64,000 nucleotides of DNA, taken from the IMG/VR virus record IMGVR_UViG_3300015360_000023, positions 1 to 64,000 of that record. One strand, given 5' to 3'. The stretch comes from a virus. Lineage: Duplodnaviria > Caudoviricetes. The notes under the pieces are model-generated. The model was not told the origin of the DNA. It saw only the letters and a list, made by a program, of their open reading frames with translations, and did no database searches. The position numbers and the translations under genes were made by a program. Positions 1 through 10,086 of the stretch are shown piece after piece (the first letter of the stretch is position 1; each line of letters starts with the position of its first letter).

Positions 1-84
1 AAAATCCGTAAGATTATCGAAAATGACGACAAGATCAAAGACATCTTGACTAAAATGAGAGATTTAAGAGAAGAGCGTTGGTAA
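1..84 (+). CDS. 3' end of a gene truncated by the window start (KIRKIIENDDKIKDILTKMRDLREERW*)
   Basis: Frame 1 is open from base 1 to TAA at 82-84. Not in the ORF track. Product unknown. Confidence 0.6.
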   Translation, partial: KIRKIIENDDKIKDILTKMRDLREERW

Positions 85-124
85 TTCGGAAATGACCTGA
101 TATATAATGTTTCGGAGGTTAGAA

Positions 125-799
125 ATGATTACCGAAACATCAAAAATTTATTCTCTGTATTGTATTGCAAATCTGATAAATGGTAAAGTTTATATTGGTC
201 AAGCAACCGATGTAAATAAAAGATGGTTTGACCATCGTAAGGCTGTTAGAATAAACAAGCCAACTCAACTTATTCATCATGCATTGATTAAGTATGGATT
301 AGAAAATTTTGAATTCGAAGTGGTAGCATCTTGTAAGACGCAGGATGATGCGAACACCACAGAGACAGAATTAGTGAAGCAGTATAATAGTTTTGTTGGA
401 AATGGCGAAGGATATAATGCTACGCTTGGTGGAATGAATGCGCCAAAAACTGAAGAGTGGAAACAAAAAGTATCTCAAACCCTAATGGGTCATGAGGTTT
501 CTGAAGAAACCAGGCAAAAGATTTCGGTGGCTGTTACTGGGAGTATTCGTTCCGAGGAATTCAAAAAGAACGTTGGTGATTTTTGGAGGGGGAAAGAACG
601 AACTGAAGGGCACCGACAAAACCTATCTGATTCTCTTAAAGGTAATCAGAATTGTTTAGGTAAACAAAATTCGTTAGGACATAAGCACACAGAAGAGTCA
701 AAGAAAAAGATTGGTGCCGCTTCCCGAGGTAAACCTAGTACCCATAAAGGTAAAACTTGGAAAATTATAGATGGCAAGAGAGTGTGGCTAAATGATTAA
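125..799 (+). CDS. GIY-YIG homing endonuclease with NUMOD3-type DNA-binding repeats (free-standing)
   Basis: N-terminal LYCIANLINGKVYIGQ...RWFDH. C-terminal GHEVSEETRQKIS and HKHTEESKKKIG repeats. Start moved to ATG 125 because GGAGGT precedes it. Confidence 0.9.
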   Translation: MITETSKIYSLYCIANLINGKVYIGQATDVNKRWFDHRKAVRINKPTQLIHHALIKYGLENFEFEVVASCKTQDDANTTETELVKQYNSFVGNGEGYNATLGGMNAPKTEEWKQKVSQTLMGHEVSEETRQKISVAVTGSIRSEEFKKNVGDFWRGKERTEGHRQNLSDSLKGNQNCLGKQNSLGHKHTEESKKKIGAASRGKPSTHKGKTWKIIDGKRVWLND

Positions 800-908
800 A
801 TTAATTTGTTTTCTTTTAGGTCATGATTGGGTACAGAGTAATTTAGATCCTTGGGAAGAGCCAGATTATTGTCGGTTATGTGGTAAACAAGGAAAAAATA
901 AATGGTAA
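792..908 (+). CDS. Small Cys/His protein, DUF1660-like (38 aa)
   Basis: MIKLICFLLGHDW...YCRLCGK translated by hand. Overlaps the upstream stop and is followed by a terminator. Below the ORF-track cutoff. Confidence 0.55.
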   Translation: MIKLICFLLGHDWVQSNLDPWEEPDYCRLCGKQGKNKW

Positions 909-916
909 TAAACTAT

Positions 917-955
917 AAGGGTATATCTCCTTCGGGAGGTATACCTTTTCTTTTT
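917..955 (+). terminator. Rho-independent terminator
   Basis: Stem aagggtatatctcc / ggaggtataccttt around a C(TTCG)G tetraloop, followed by a T-rich tail. Confidence 0.85.
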
Positions 956-1013
956 GGTAATAAAATGGACTATATAGGTACCACAGAGCCCAAATAAAGT
1001 CCTTATTCGTATC

Positions 1014-1027
1014 AATATTTCTTTATC
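1014..1027 (+). promoter_or_regulatory. ATA-N7-AT(A/C/T) motif, putative late promoter
   Basis: AATA-tttcttt-ATC upstream of 1062. Confidence 0.45.
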
Positions 1028-1061
1028 TATGTAAGGCATATTCTGTTAAACGGGAGACGTA

Positions 1062-1520
1062 ATGTCAAAATTTCAGCTAGATTACTCAGGTTTAGAAAAC
1101 AAAGTCTACAAGAAGGCTTATAGACTTAATGACGTCAAAGACCAACTTGAGACAGTTGCTTTTGATATTGTTCGATTCAAAGATAACGATAAGGGCGCCG
1201 ATCTATGGCAGGTTCAAAGTTCTGATGATGGTGATTACATCGTCTCCTTGTACCAGCCAGATGAAGACGTAAAGGTTGCGGCCCTATGGGAAGTCTTAGT
1301 TAGTAAGACTGCCGGCGATTTACAAATTTCTTATAAGGGCGACCCTTTGGTCAGAGTGAGCGCCAGCCAGATGGGTATCCCTCGTACTGAGCTTAGTCAG
1401 GTTGAATCATATCTTCCTGCAAAATTAGCTTCTAATAAGAAGTTAGTTAAGGCTTTGCTAAATGAGTTACCAGAATCAGCTAAAAAAGAGGTATTAAGTA
1501 AATACCCGGAATTAGTCTAA
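1062..1520 (+). CDS. Hypothetical head-module protein
   Basis: 152 aa ORF, first gene after the terminator. Has VYKKAY near the N-terminus. Confidence 0.75.
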   Translation: MSKFQLDYSGLENKVYKKAYRLNDVKDQLETVAFDIVRFKDNDKGADLWQVQSSDDGDYIVSLYQPDEDVKVAALWEVLVSKTAGDLQISYKGDPLVRVSASQMGIPRTELSQVESYLPAKLASNKKLVKALLNELPESAKKEVLSKYPELV

Positions 1521-1540
1521 CATTACGGAATAGGTGTTTA

Positions 1541-3154
1541 ATGAGCCTCGATAAAATACAAAAATCAGTAGCATCTCTGGTAAAGACAATCCAGAACAAT
1601 GAAAAAGTTGCTACTCCAATTCTAGCCGCAAAGTTAGCTAAAGCAGTTGACGCCTACCCAGGTGATCAAACAATTGGCGCTATGTCTAGAGTTATCAGTA
1701 AGATGGCAGCCAATAACACTACGTTTATTACTAAAGCAGACCTAAAGTCTCTTTATACTAAGCTTCATTCCCGTAATACAAAGTTCGCTGAACTTTTCTC
1801 GGATGAACTTGGCGTAGTTGATAGTTTACCATCTCCTCATCTTTATGAGAGAGATGAAGCAACTAAAGATGTCAATCCTTTCCAAGTTGGTGATGCTGTT
1901 CTAGCAAATGCTCTTAGTAGCGTTTTCGATAAGCACGCTCCTCTTAAAATGTACTCGCAAGAGTTAGCCAACAAAGCATTAGCCTCAGTGGCTACTTCTT
2001 TGGATGCATGGAATCTTAAGCCAACGGCCTTAGCCGTGGATGATGGCAACGATAAGTTCCTAGTTATCAAGGCTGACTATGAGACTCCAAAGGGCATTAC
2101 TAGCCTTTATATCCCAGTTGAAACCACAAACAAGAAGGTTATTGAAGCTTCTGTATTCATGGGTAACTCTGGTCCACAAGAGTTAAATCACTCTTCCATT
2201 AAGTCCTACCTAACTACTCAGGCGGGTACCAAGTTAAGAATGAATGCCGCTGGCATTCTTTCCGTTTTAACTAAGGCTGCCTCTGAGAATAGAGAAATCA
2301 GCGACGCTGAGATTGCATTAACTAAGCTTACTGCTACTCGTCAAGGTAAATCTGAATTTTTTGCTGGCGGTATCGTTGGACAAAAGGTTGCAGAAGCATC
2401 TAGAAATGATGTTGAGCTTCCAAAGTATGATGAATTTGTTTCTTTCGAGAAGCAATTTACTTCTGCTTATGGTCAAGCTTCATTCCAATTTGGTGCTGAC
2501 AAAGTTAAGGTTGCAAGAGAACATATCTCCAGAGAATTATCTGGCTATGGTCACAAGAACCCGCAAGTTACTGTTGCAAAGACTGATGAACAAACCATTT
2601 TCTATAATGTCGCACTTGATGCTGGTAGAGTTGGATTTACTGTTCCAGTTAAGATCTCCAATGGCAAAGTTGTTAAGCCAAGCTTAATGCTAGCTAATGG
2701 GGCTGTTTCTTCTTTCAGTCAACAAGGCGTTAACGAATTGTATGTTAATAACGCAAGCGACTTCAAGGCCGCCGCAGCAGCTTCTCCTCAATTTGGATTG
2801 AAGCCAAGCGATGTTCTAAATAACTTGAGAGCAGCTCTAGGCGAGGGTAACCACGCTAAGGCAGAGGACGCTTTGAACGTTCTTGCAAACTCAGGAGACA
2901 CGAAGGCTTACGCAACTGGTTTCCAGATGTATTTGGGTGGTCTAGCTCAAAAGAAGGAAGCACATGCGCACACTCCTCAATGCTCTCATATGATGAAGAC
3001 CTCTACTAGTGAACACCCAGTTTGCGCTCAAACCGGACTACCAGTTCACAGAATTTATCAAGATAAGGAAGGCAATTGCCGTCCTCTTTATAGAAGAGGT
3101 ATGGATGAGACTTATGAGGGAGCCGTTTTCAATAACTCTAAGATCTTCGGGTGA
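1541..3154 (+). CDS. Hypothetical head-module protein with possible C-terminal Cys/His metal site
   Basis: 537 aa ORF with AGGTG SD. C-terminal CSH...HPVC...C cluster. Confidence 0.75.
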   Translation: MSLDKIQKSVASLVKTIQNNEKVATPILAAKLAKAVDAYPGDQTIGAMSRVISKMAANNTTFITKADLKSLYTKLHSRNTKFAELFSDELGVVDSLPSPHLYERDEATKDVNPFQVGDAVLANALSSVFDKHAPLKMYSQELANKALASVATSLDAWNLKPTALAVDDGNDKFLVIKADYETPKGITSLYIPVETTNKKVIEASVFMGNSGPQELNHSSIKSYLTTQAGTKLRMNAAGILSVLTKAASENREISDAEIALTKLTATRQGKSEFFAGGIVGQKVAEASRNDVELPKYDEFVSFEKQFTSAYGQASFQFGADKVKVAREHISRELSGYGHKNPQVTVAKTDEQTIFYNVALDAGRVGFTVPVKISNGKVVKPSLMLANGAVSSFSQQGVNELYVNNASDFKAAAAASPQFGLKPSDVLNNLRAALGEGNHAKAEDALNVLANSGDTKAYATGFQMYLGGLAQKKEAHAHTPQCSHMMKTSTSEHPVCAQTGLPVHRIYQDKEGNCRPLYRRGMDETYEGAVFNNSKIFG

Positions 3155-3157
3155 TCA

Positions 3158-4288
3158 ATGAGATTATTTAGATTGGCTGATTTACTAGCGACGAAGTACA
3201 AAACTGCCGCCGCTACAGATGCAGAGAAGAACGAAGCTGATATTCGTCGATCTGTTTTGGATCTTTGGAACTTATCTAACAATAAGACTTACGATATCTT
3301 GCGCGTAATTGGTGATGCCGTCCTCAAGGATGCTCCTGGTTCCGAAAGAGAGAGAAGCGCAAAAAGAGGTCACGCCTTTGTAATTAAAGTGCTTAGTGTA
3401 ATTGACCAACTTAAAATTGGTTTGAATACAATCCCATTAGATGAAATTGAATCTAGCCTAAAAGCAGTAATCAATCTTATTGAAGAAGAATCTCAAGATG
3501 GCGGAAGAAACACCGTTGACTTTCCAGATTTAACTGATTTTATTACTTTGATGAATAAGAACAATAGAAATCTTAATCAATCAGATAAAAGACATGTTGA
3601 TACTCAGTATGGTAAAATTAGAACTGTATTGACTAGAATTCATAGTCTTGCTGACGCCATCGTTACTAAGCTGCAAAAAGCTAGAGGCGAACCAATGGCC
3701 GAGAAAAATTACAGACATCACCAAAGAGGTAGATTAGTCCCAAGACGTTCTCCTCTATATAAAGGTGATATCGTTGATTTTTTGAGACAATATGGTCCTC
3801 AATATGGATTAAATAGCACTGATGCTTGGTTACAGGCATTTGAAAATGATCCTCCATTCAAGGAGCAAATTACTACGGTAGTTAATGCTTTGAATAGAGC
3901 GAAGACTCCACGTGATGAAGCTCTTGTTAAAATGCAGATTGCTGAAATCATGAGGGCTCATGAGCTAAGAAAAAGAACCAACGAGCCAGCTTTTGAAGCT
4001 AATGAAGATCAGTTCAAGCAAATGGGCAGGCCGCTTTACGTTTCTCCAGAATTAAAGCAAGAGAAAATGCAACAGCAACAAATGCAGCAAGATACCCAAC
4101 AAGAAGAGTGGGAGAAGCTACAAATGGCTGTTAGACAAAGAGATGAGGCACACGCCCGCCGTCAACTTGAAGAGCAATCCGAACAAGCAAAACGAGACGA
4201 AGAGCAAAGAAAAATCGACGAAGAAGAGAGCATGCATAGCAAGTATAGTAGTTCTCGCCTTGAGAAAATTTTAAAGAGGTACAAATGA
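3158..4288 (+). CDS. Hypothetical helical/coiled-coil protein, putative internal head protein
   Basis: 376 aa. N-terminal RLADLLATKYKTAA. Q/E/R-rich C-terminal coil. Confidence 0.7.
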   Translation: MRLFRLADLLATKYKTAAATDAEKNEADIRRSVLDLWNLSNNKTYDILRVIGDAVLKDAPGSERERSAKRGHAFVIKVLSVIDQLKIGLNTIPLDEIESSLKAVINLIEEESQDGGRNTVDFPDLTDFITLMNKNNRNLNQSDKRHVDTQYGKIRTVLTRIHSLADAIVTKLQKARGEPMAEKNYRHHQRGRLVPRRSPLYKGDIVDFLRQYGPQYGLNSTDAWLQAFENDPPFKEQITTVVNALNRAKTPRDEALVKMQIAEIMRAHELRKRTNEPAFEANEDQFKQMGRPLYVSPELKQEKMQQQQMQQDTQQEEWEKLQMAVRQRDEAHARRQLEEQSEQAKRDEEQRKIDEEESMHSKYSSSRLEKILKRYK

Positions 4289-5001
4289 GAATTTCTGAAA
4301 TGTTAACTGCCATCGCTTCATGGCTAGAAAGTCCAAACAACGAAGCCATGCTATTAGCCGAGTACCACGAAGATAGTGCTAAGGTTGTTGCCGAGTCATG
4401 TGTTCTAGCTGCTGCCCTACTTAAGAATGCCGCTCTAGAAGTTTCTGATATGGAACCACCTGAGCCATCTAAAATTACTCCAGAAGCTATCGAAGAGATT
4501 GCTGCGTTAGCCGCCGCCTTTGATGCATCCGGTGACCCACAACTAAAGAAGCAGGCTTCTGTTCTTGACGAACTATTGATGTCTGTTGCCGCTCCACCAA
4601 ATGCTTATGCCGCTAGAAAAGATTTAGAGGATAAGAGAATTGAAGATTTAAAAAAGAAGTACGAAGACCCATCTAAGGAGCTTCGTGACGTCAACAAAAT
4701 TGCTGATTCCGAGAAGGCTATTGAGAAGAGTGAGATGACTAAGAATTATAAAATCATGGAAGCTCCTCTTAGCTCCAGATATTGTCCAGATCATCCGGGC
4801 GTCCAAATTGCTCGCGTTGGAGAACACCTGTGGCAATGTGAGCTTGACAAGAAGTCTTACAATTATGAAACTGGCTTTGAGTTAAACAATGGGGCAAAAG
4901 TTCCTGGTGGCGATGTCAGTCAACAAACCCAAGGAGTTGATGTTCCATCTCATGCCATTTTCGATACCCGTGAAGGCAGACTGGGTTCTAACAGGTCATG
5001 A
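4285..5001 (+). CDS. Hypothetical protein with a C-terminal Zn-ribbon-like motif
   Basis: 238 aa, ATGA overlap with the upstream gene. YCPDHPG...WQC motif and an AAAFDASG helical-hairpin motif. Confidence 0.7.
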   Translation: MRISEMLTAIASWLESPNNEAMLLAEYHEDSAKVVAESCVLAAALLKNAALEVSDMEPPEPSKITPEAIEEIAALAAAFDASGDPQLKKQASVLDELLMSVAAPPNAYAARKDLEDKRIEDLKKKYEDPSKELRDVNKIADSEKAIEKSEMTKNYKIMEAPLSSRYCPDHPGVQIARVGEHLWQCELDKKSYNYETGFELNNGAKVPGGDVSQQTQGVDVPSHAIFDTREGRLGSNRS

Positions 5002-5010
5002 AGGGTCTAA

Positions 5011-5796
5011 ATGAGCAAGCAACCAACTTACAAAAAAATTCTGGAGCATCCAGATAAAGACGAAATTATCTCTAAACTAGTAATTGGTGTATCTACTACA
5101 GATATACATGACTGGTTAAAAGCTAAGTATACTAATGTAAGTGAGGCTAAGTTTGTTTTATCTGAAAAGATTGTTAAATCATTTCAAGATACTTATTTAG
5201 ATTTCTACAATACTATGAGCCAAGATTTGGCTAATGTTAAGGCGGCCAATGCTCCAGGTGCGACCGATGATTTATCATTGGTTGTTAAGAGTAATCCAGC
5301 TTATCATGATGCTTTATTAAAAGTAGCCAATAAAGAGTTGGATATAGATACCATTATGGCCAAGATGGCTCTTAATGTTGAGACCCGTATGTCTCAAATT
5401 TATGATGAAATTCAAGCCGACCCTCGTAATATCAATACGAAAATCGAGCGTGTTTGGATTGAGTATATTGATTCTTTAGGTAATTTATTGGATAAATATC
5501 ATAAGTGGAAAGAAGCTCGTCAGCCAGATCAGATTATTCAGCACAACGTAACTTTGCAGGTCGTTGATCAGCATATTGCGGTATTTCATGACGTAATCAA
5601 AGAAGTTTTGTCTCAAATGGATTTAGAGAGTTCTCAATACTTTTTAGAGGTTTTTAATGATAAAATGTCTAAATTGAAACCCCCAACTCCAGAACTTGGC
5701 CCTTCTCAAGATGTTAAGATGGCAGAAGCTAAGTTTTTAAATGAAACGATTAACAAAAAAATCAATGATGATGACGATGATAAGGGTAAAAAATGA
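5011..5796 (+). CDS. Hypothetical protein, possibly terminase small subunit
   Basis: 261 aa with an HTH-like N-terminus (HPDKDEIISKLVIGVSTTDIHDWL), helical body and a position upstream of TerL. The TerS assignment is inference only. Confidence 0.35.
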   Translation: MSKQPTYKKILEHPDKDEIISKLVIGVSTTDIHDWLKAKYTNVSEAKFVLSEKIVKSFQDTYLDFYNTMSQDLANVKAANAPGATDDLSLVVKSNPAYHDALLKVANKELDIDTIMAKMALNVETRMSQIYDEIQADPRNINTKIERVWIEYIDSLGNLLDKYHKWKEARQPDQIIQHNVTLQVVDQHIAVFHDVIKEVLSQMDLESSQYFLEVFNDKMSKLKPPTPELGPSQDVKMAEAKFLNETINKKINDDDDDKGKK

Positions 5797-7607
5797 CTAA
5801 GCACTCTCCAACAGTATCAGAAAGCATTCTTCCGTATTCGGATGAAGAGCTAGATCTTTCTGATGATATGAAGGATAAAGTTGAAAAACTGATGGAGTGG
5901 TTTGACGGTCATGGTATCAAATACGATAAGTTCAATCCAAAAGACATCCCAAAGTTGGATTTAGAAAATAGAAAAGCTTATCCTAACACGGACGTGTACA
6001 TGCACATTCCTGGTCAGCATAACACTCAGAAATGGTTACAAGCTATCAGTGATATTTACCGTAAAGAAAAAAACGGAGAGCCAAGACGCAATGCTATTCG
6101 CTCTATTGTCGGTGGTTGGAATGTAATGGAAACTTATGACTTTTTGAACTGGGTCAAATTTTATGAAGCAGGAGATCATATGAAGTACAAGTTCGCACAA
6201 CTATGGTATGAAAATGATTCTCTAGGTCCAGGATATTTCTTGCAGATCAAAAAGGATCAAGCCGCTCAAGAGCCACAAGTGCAAGGAAAAGATATTGATG
6301 TTGCAAAAGCTGACGCATCTGCGGATCATGATAGACGTCAAATTATTGAGAAACAACGCAATAAAATTATTGGTAGATTAGATTCTGCTGAAAAACTTTT
6401 GCGTACTCAAGAAGGTCACGTTTTCTCTGGAAAAGAATTTGAATCACTATTAAACTCTATCTATGAGCTTAAGAAGAAAATTCAGATGGTCAATAAAATC
6501 AGCTCTTCAACTAGACTATATGAAGATATGATTATTCGTCAAGCTAACATTCTTTCTAAGAATGGTTTTTTTAAGGCCGCTAATGTATTGATTTCTGTTG
6601 CTGACGATCCAAGTGCGGGTCCAGCACCAGCGGGCGGTATGCCAACTGCGACTCCACCAGGAGATCCATCAGGTGCAGGGGCTCCCGGTACACCATCCGG
6701 TGGCGCAGCCACTCAAGCCTCTCCTCCAGGCAATACAACGATGCCTCAGAGTCCCCCTGCCGAAACACAACCAAAGGGTATTAGTGGATTTTTATCTCGT
6801 ATGGATGACGGTAAATACGCCCCAGATGATAAGCAAGTTGCAGAAGACAATTTAGAGGTTGAAGATACTTTAGAAGTCGAAGATGCTGAACTAGTAGTTC
6901 ATGCCCAAGTTGCTCCAGAAGAAATTGGTGATGGCGCTAAGCCAGCTCCACTTAGGCCGGCTCCGGTTGCAGCTCCATCGCCGCCAGCTAAACCAATTAC
7001 GGATGAACCTATGGGTTCCCCTAAGTCTCCAGGCAAGCCAGCCGCCGATGAACCTCTTGAGGTTACAGAGGATGATATCAAGTCAACCCCAAAGACTGAG
7101 GGTCCAAGCACTAGTGATTTTGATGCTAAGGTTGATGCAGTATTTGCAAATATTACTGTTGCTGATGTTGTTGCTAAATTAGAAGACTTGGCAAAAATTT
7201 ATAAGACTCGTGAAGTTCCAAGGCAGCTTGGCATCGTTGACATGATGCTTGATAGCCTTGGCCTTGCTTCATACTTTCCATCATTATCCGAAGCTACAAA
7301 TAAAGCTCTAGAATCTAACAACTATATCTCTACTCGTCTAGAAGATATTCTTTCCAAGCTTCGTGGGGCTATGGGAAGCAGTGAAGTTGATTTGAAGGGC
7401 AAGGAAGTTGACAGACCAGAAGTAGCTGGTGTTAAGAGTAAGCTTCAAGAAGACTCTGAAAAAGAAAAAGCTAGAAAACAGATGAGAAAAGATCAAGAAT
7501 CTGAAGAATTAGCTAATAAGGGCAAGGAAACTCCAGAGGTAGAGATTGATGAAGATCTAGCTCCCGAGGCTCCAAAACCAACTCCGGCTCCACTTCCTCC
7601 CGCTTAA
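5793..7607 (+). CDS. Hypothetical head-module protein with long Pro/Ala/acidic disordered linkers
   Basis: 604 aa. KYKFAQ and FFKAAN motifs. P/A/G-rich tracts. Confidence 0.75.
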   Translation: MTKHSPTVSESILPYSDEELDLSDDMKDKVEKLMEWFDGHGIKYDKFNPKDIPKLDLENRKAYPNTDVYMHIPGQHNTQKWLQAISDIYRKEKNGEPRRNAIRSIVGGWNVMETYDFLNWVKFYEAGDHMKYKFAQLWYENDSLGPGYFLQIKKDQAAQEPQVQGKDIDVAKADASADHDRRQIIEKQRNKIIGRLDSAEKLLRTQEGHVFSGKEFESLLNSIYELKKKIQMVNKISSSTRLYEDMIIRQANILSKNGFFKAANVLISVADDPSAGPAPAGGMPTATPPGDPSGAGAPGTPSGGAATQASPPGNTTMPQSPPAETQPKGISGFLSRMDDGKYAPDDKQVAEDNLEVEDTLEVEDAELVVHAQVAPEEIGDGAKPAPLRPAPVAAPSPPAKPITDEPMGSPKSPGKPAADEPLEVTEDDIKSTPKTEGPSTSDFDAKVDAVFANITVADVVAKLEDLAKIYKTREVPRQLGIVDMMLDSLGLASYFPSLSEATNKALESNNYISTRLEDILSKLRGAMGSSEVDLKGKEVDRPEVAGVKSKLQEDSEKEKARKQMRKDQESEELANKGKETPEVEIDEDLAPEAPKPTPAPLPPA

Positions 7608-7621
7608 CGCGAAGCAAATGA

Positions 7622-9079
7622 ATGAAATTACGAGAACTACTTCAACAAATGCAAGCTGTGCAAAAAGAAATGAAGACCTCTCCGGCCTTCATTTGCGGAG
7701 GCACGCCTAGAGATCGATATCTCCAGCAAATTGAAAAGATCTCGGACGTTGATATTACAACTGGTGATAAGAGTATTCAACTGCTTTCTCAAGAGCTAAG
7801 TGCCGCTCTTGCTAAACAGTATAATATCGTTACCAAAACTTTCGATGATGGTCACAGCGCCCTTCATATTGGTAAGTTCAAAATGGATTTTTCATCCAAT
7901 TTTAACGTTGAGAATGTAGACGCAATTCTTGCAAAGATGGGCTTCAAAAACATTACTGAGATGAAGAAAGAAATGTTTAGTAGAGACTTTACTTGTAATG
8001 CCTTATTACTTTCTTTAGACTTAAGAATCCTACTAGATCCAACTGATAGGGCCCTTAAAGACATTAAAGAAAAGAAGATTAGAACTTGTTTATCTCCGGA
8101 ACTTACTCTTACCTCAAATAGAAATAGAGTAATTAGATCCGTTTATTTGGCATCCAAATTAGGATTTGATATTGATGAATCTATTATTGAATTTGTTAAA
8201 AGAAATCCTGGTAGCGTTAAAATTTCTACACCAACTTCATTAACTGAAAAACTTAATCAAGCTTTTTCAATGGATGGAGATAGAGCTGCCCATAACATTA
8301 CTAAGATGGGGCTTTGGGAAGAGATTCCTATTACTAATGTGGTTCAACCTTATTATTTGAAGAAGGGCCAGTTGGCATCTAAAAAAGCTTACTTTCAAGG
8401 TGGTGGCGGAGTTAACGAGCCAACACCAAAGAAGAAAAAATATAAGTCCGACACCGCTATTGTGGTTCAACCAAGATTCGAGGAGCCTCTTTATCGTAAC
8501 TACGATTTATACGATACTCCAGGCAAGCATAGCCCAGGGGCCGGTTGGCACTCCATGCAAAAGTATAAAAGCGTTGAGGAATTTCTAAAGGCAAAAAGGA
8601 AGGAACTAAAGGACAAGTACAAGGCCGATGACTCTTGGATTGAGGATTCTGGTAAAATTACCAAGAACAATCCAATGAAGGCTCGTGCCGAGTTACTTTC
8701 AAAAATAATTAAAATTGGAATCGATTTTCCAATTGACGATCAAATTGAGTCTACTATTGACCATGATGGTGATTTATCTAATCATTCTTTAGAGATGGGT
8801 ATGGCTATGCCGTTACCTCTAAATGATTCTGAGGGAAAGCCTCCGTCAGAATTGGACTTTGGCCATTTAGAAAATGGCGAGCCAATGAAAGCTGATGAAG
8901 ATTTAATCGATTTAATAACCGAGAAGTATTTGGCTCATGAAGCTAAAACTGAACAAAATGGATTACCAGATGGCTTTAATCATTCCGAAGAGGAAGACAT
9001 TGAACCTACTCAAATGAATCCAGAATATGGTACTTTAGGTCCGGAAAGTACTATGTATGAAGATAAATGGAATATTTAA
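7622..9079 (+). CDS. Divergent class II (CCA/poly(A) polymerase family) nucleotidyltransferase fused to an unstructured C-terminal tail
   Basis: ICGGTPRD...DVD (motif A) and FSRDFTCNA (motifs B/C). The motif D position reads SNRNR rather than EDxxR. The tail starts KKAYFQGGGGVNEPTP. Confidence 0.85.
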   Translation: MKLRELLQQMQAVQKEMKTSPAFICGGTPRDRYLQQIEKISDVDITTGDKSIQLLSQELSAALAKQYNIVTKTFDDGHSALHIGKFKMDFSSNFNVENVDAILAKMGFKNITEMKKEMFSRDFTCNALLLSLDLRILLDPTDRALKDIKEKKIRTCLSPELTLTSNRNRVIRSVYLASKLGFDIDESIIEFVKRNPGSVKISTPTSLTEKLNQAFSMDGDRAAHNITKMGLWEEIPITNVVQPYYLKKGQLASKKAYFQGGGGVNEPTPKKKKYKSDTAIVVQPRFEEPLYRNYDLYDTPGKHSPGAGWHSMQKYKSVEEFLKAKRKELKDKYKADDSWIEDSGKITKNNPMKARAELLSKIIKIGIDFPIDDQIESTIDHDGDLSNHSLEMGMAMPLPLNDSEGKPPSELDFGHLENGEPMKADEDLIDLITEKYLAHEAKTEQNGLPDGFNHSEEEDIEPTQMNPEYGTLGPESTMYEDKWNI

Positions 9080-9086
9080 AACAACG

Positions 9087-9100
9087 GATATTGCTACATA
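9087..9100 (+). promoter_or_regulatory. ATA-N7-ATA motif, putative late promoter
   Basis: GATA-ttgctac-ATA in the gap before 9143. Confidence 0.5.
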
Positions 9101-9142
9101 TAATTACATAGATATGTGAAAAATCACTCCAGAGGTCCTAAA

Positions 9143-10084
9143 ATGTCACTACAATCAACAGCACAAGAATTAATCGTGGTAGATCCTGCTCAGGATTTTC
9201 CAATGGGTGATGCAGGAATGCAATTGGTTCCATTGGAAGTCGAAGACCCACATCCCGAACACCCTGCAACTGTTGAGTCTTTTGAACCTCTTGAGGTTGG
9301 TGAGCACGATCATGGCCAGCCAGAAGAAATTGAAATTGTTATGGAGTTACCGGGCGCCCCACCAGGCACCAAGGACCCAGAGCCAATTTTAGAAGTTCAT
9401 GAAGATGAGCCTAAGGAAGATAAGGGCGAGGCCCAAGACGAAGACCCAGCCAAGGCTGCAAAGAATGAAAAATGGGATTGGTCAAAGCGTGGTCCAACCG
9501 GATTCATTGCTTGGGTCAAAGAGCGTTGTGATGATGTTCCAAAGCACTCCGGTTACGACACCGCAGGTCTTGAGAGAGCTGTTGCCTACCTAGAGAGATT
9601 AGATAATGAAGTTTCTAAGGCCATGAGAATGGACTTGGATGGTGAACTAGATGCCAACCAAATTGAGAAGACTAGAGCTATCATCGATAATGGTATTGAG
9701 CGTTTGCACGACCGTCTTGATAAAGTTAAGAGCACCAAGAAGAAGAGCCGCAAGAAGAAGGGCTACGAATTGAATGAAGGTTTCCAAAAGGAAGCTCAAA
9801 AAATTACTGGTGTTAGTGGTGTTCTTGTAACCGTTCCTCTATTGATTTCAAGAATCGCAAGAGTCTGTGTTAACGGAATGGTTTCCGCAGGACATGATAT
9901 CGAAGATTTGTATGAGAGACAAGTTAAGTTCTACAAGCTTAATGACCGTGAACAAGCTGAAGTTATGCAGCTACTAGCTGACATGGGTTACTCCGTTCGT
10001 CAAGATAGAGGCTTCATGCCAGATGAGCAATTAGAAGTTTCTGATACTAATGGTATGGATTGGGCCGCGAACTACAAAGGATAA
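9143..10084 (+). CDS. Hypothetical head-module protein (acidic disordered N-terminus, helical core)
   Basis: Start after GAGGT at ATG 9143. Contains FQKEAQ. Confidence 0.7.
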   Translation: MSLQSTAQELIVVDPAQDFPMGDAGMQLVPLEVEDPHPEHPATVESFEPLEVGEHDHGQPEEIEIVMELPGAPPGTKDPEPILEVHEDEPKEDKGEAQDEDPAKAAKNEKWDWSKRGPTGFIAWVKERCDDVPKHSGYDTAGLERAVAYLERLDNEVSKAMRMDLDGELDANQIEKTRAIIDNGIERLHDRLDKVKSTKKKSRKKKGYELNEGFQKEAQKITGVSGVLVTVPLLISRIARVCVNGMVSAGHDIEDLYERQVKFYKLNDREQAEVMQLLADMGYSVRQDRGFMPDEQLEVSDTNGMDWAANYKG

Positions 10085-10086
10085 TC

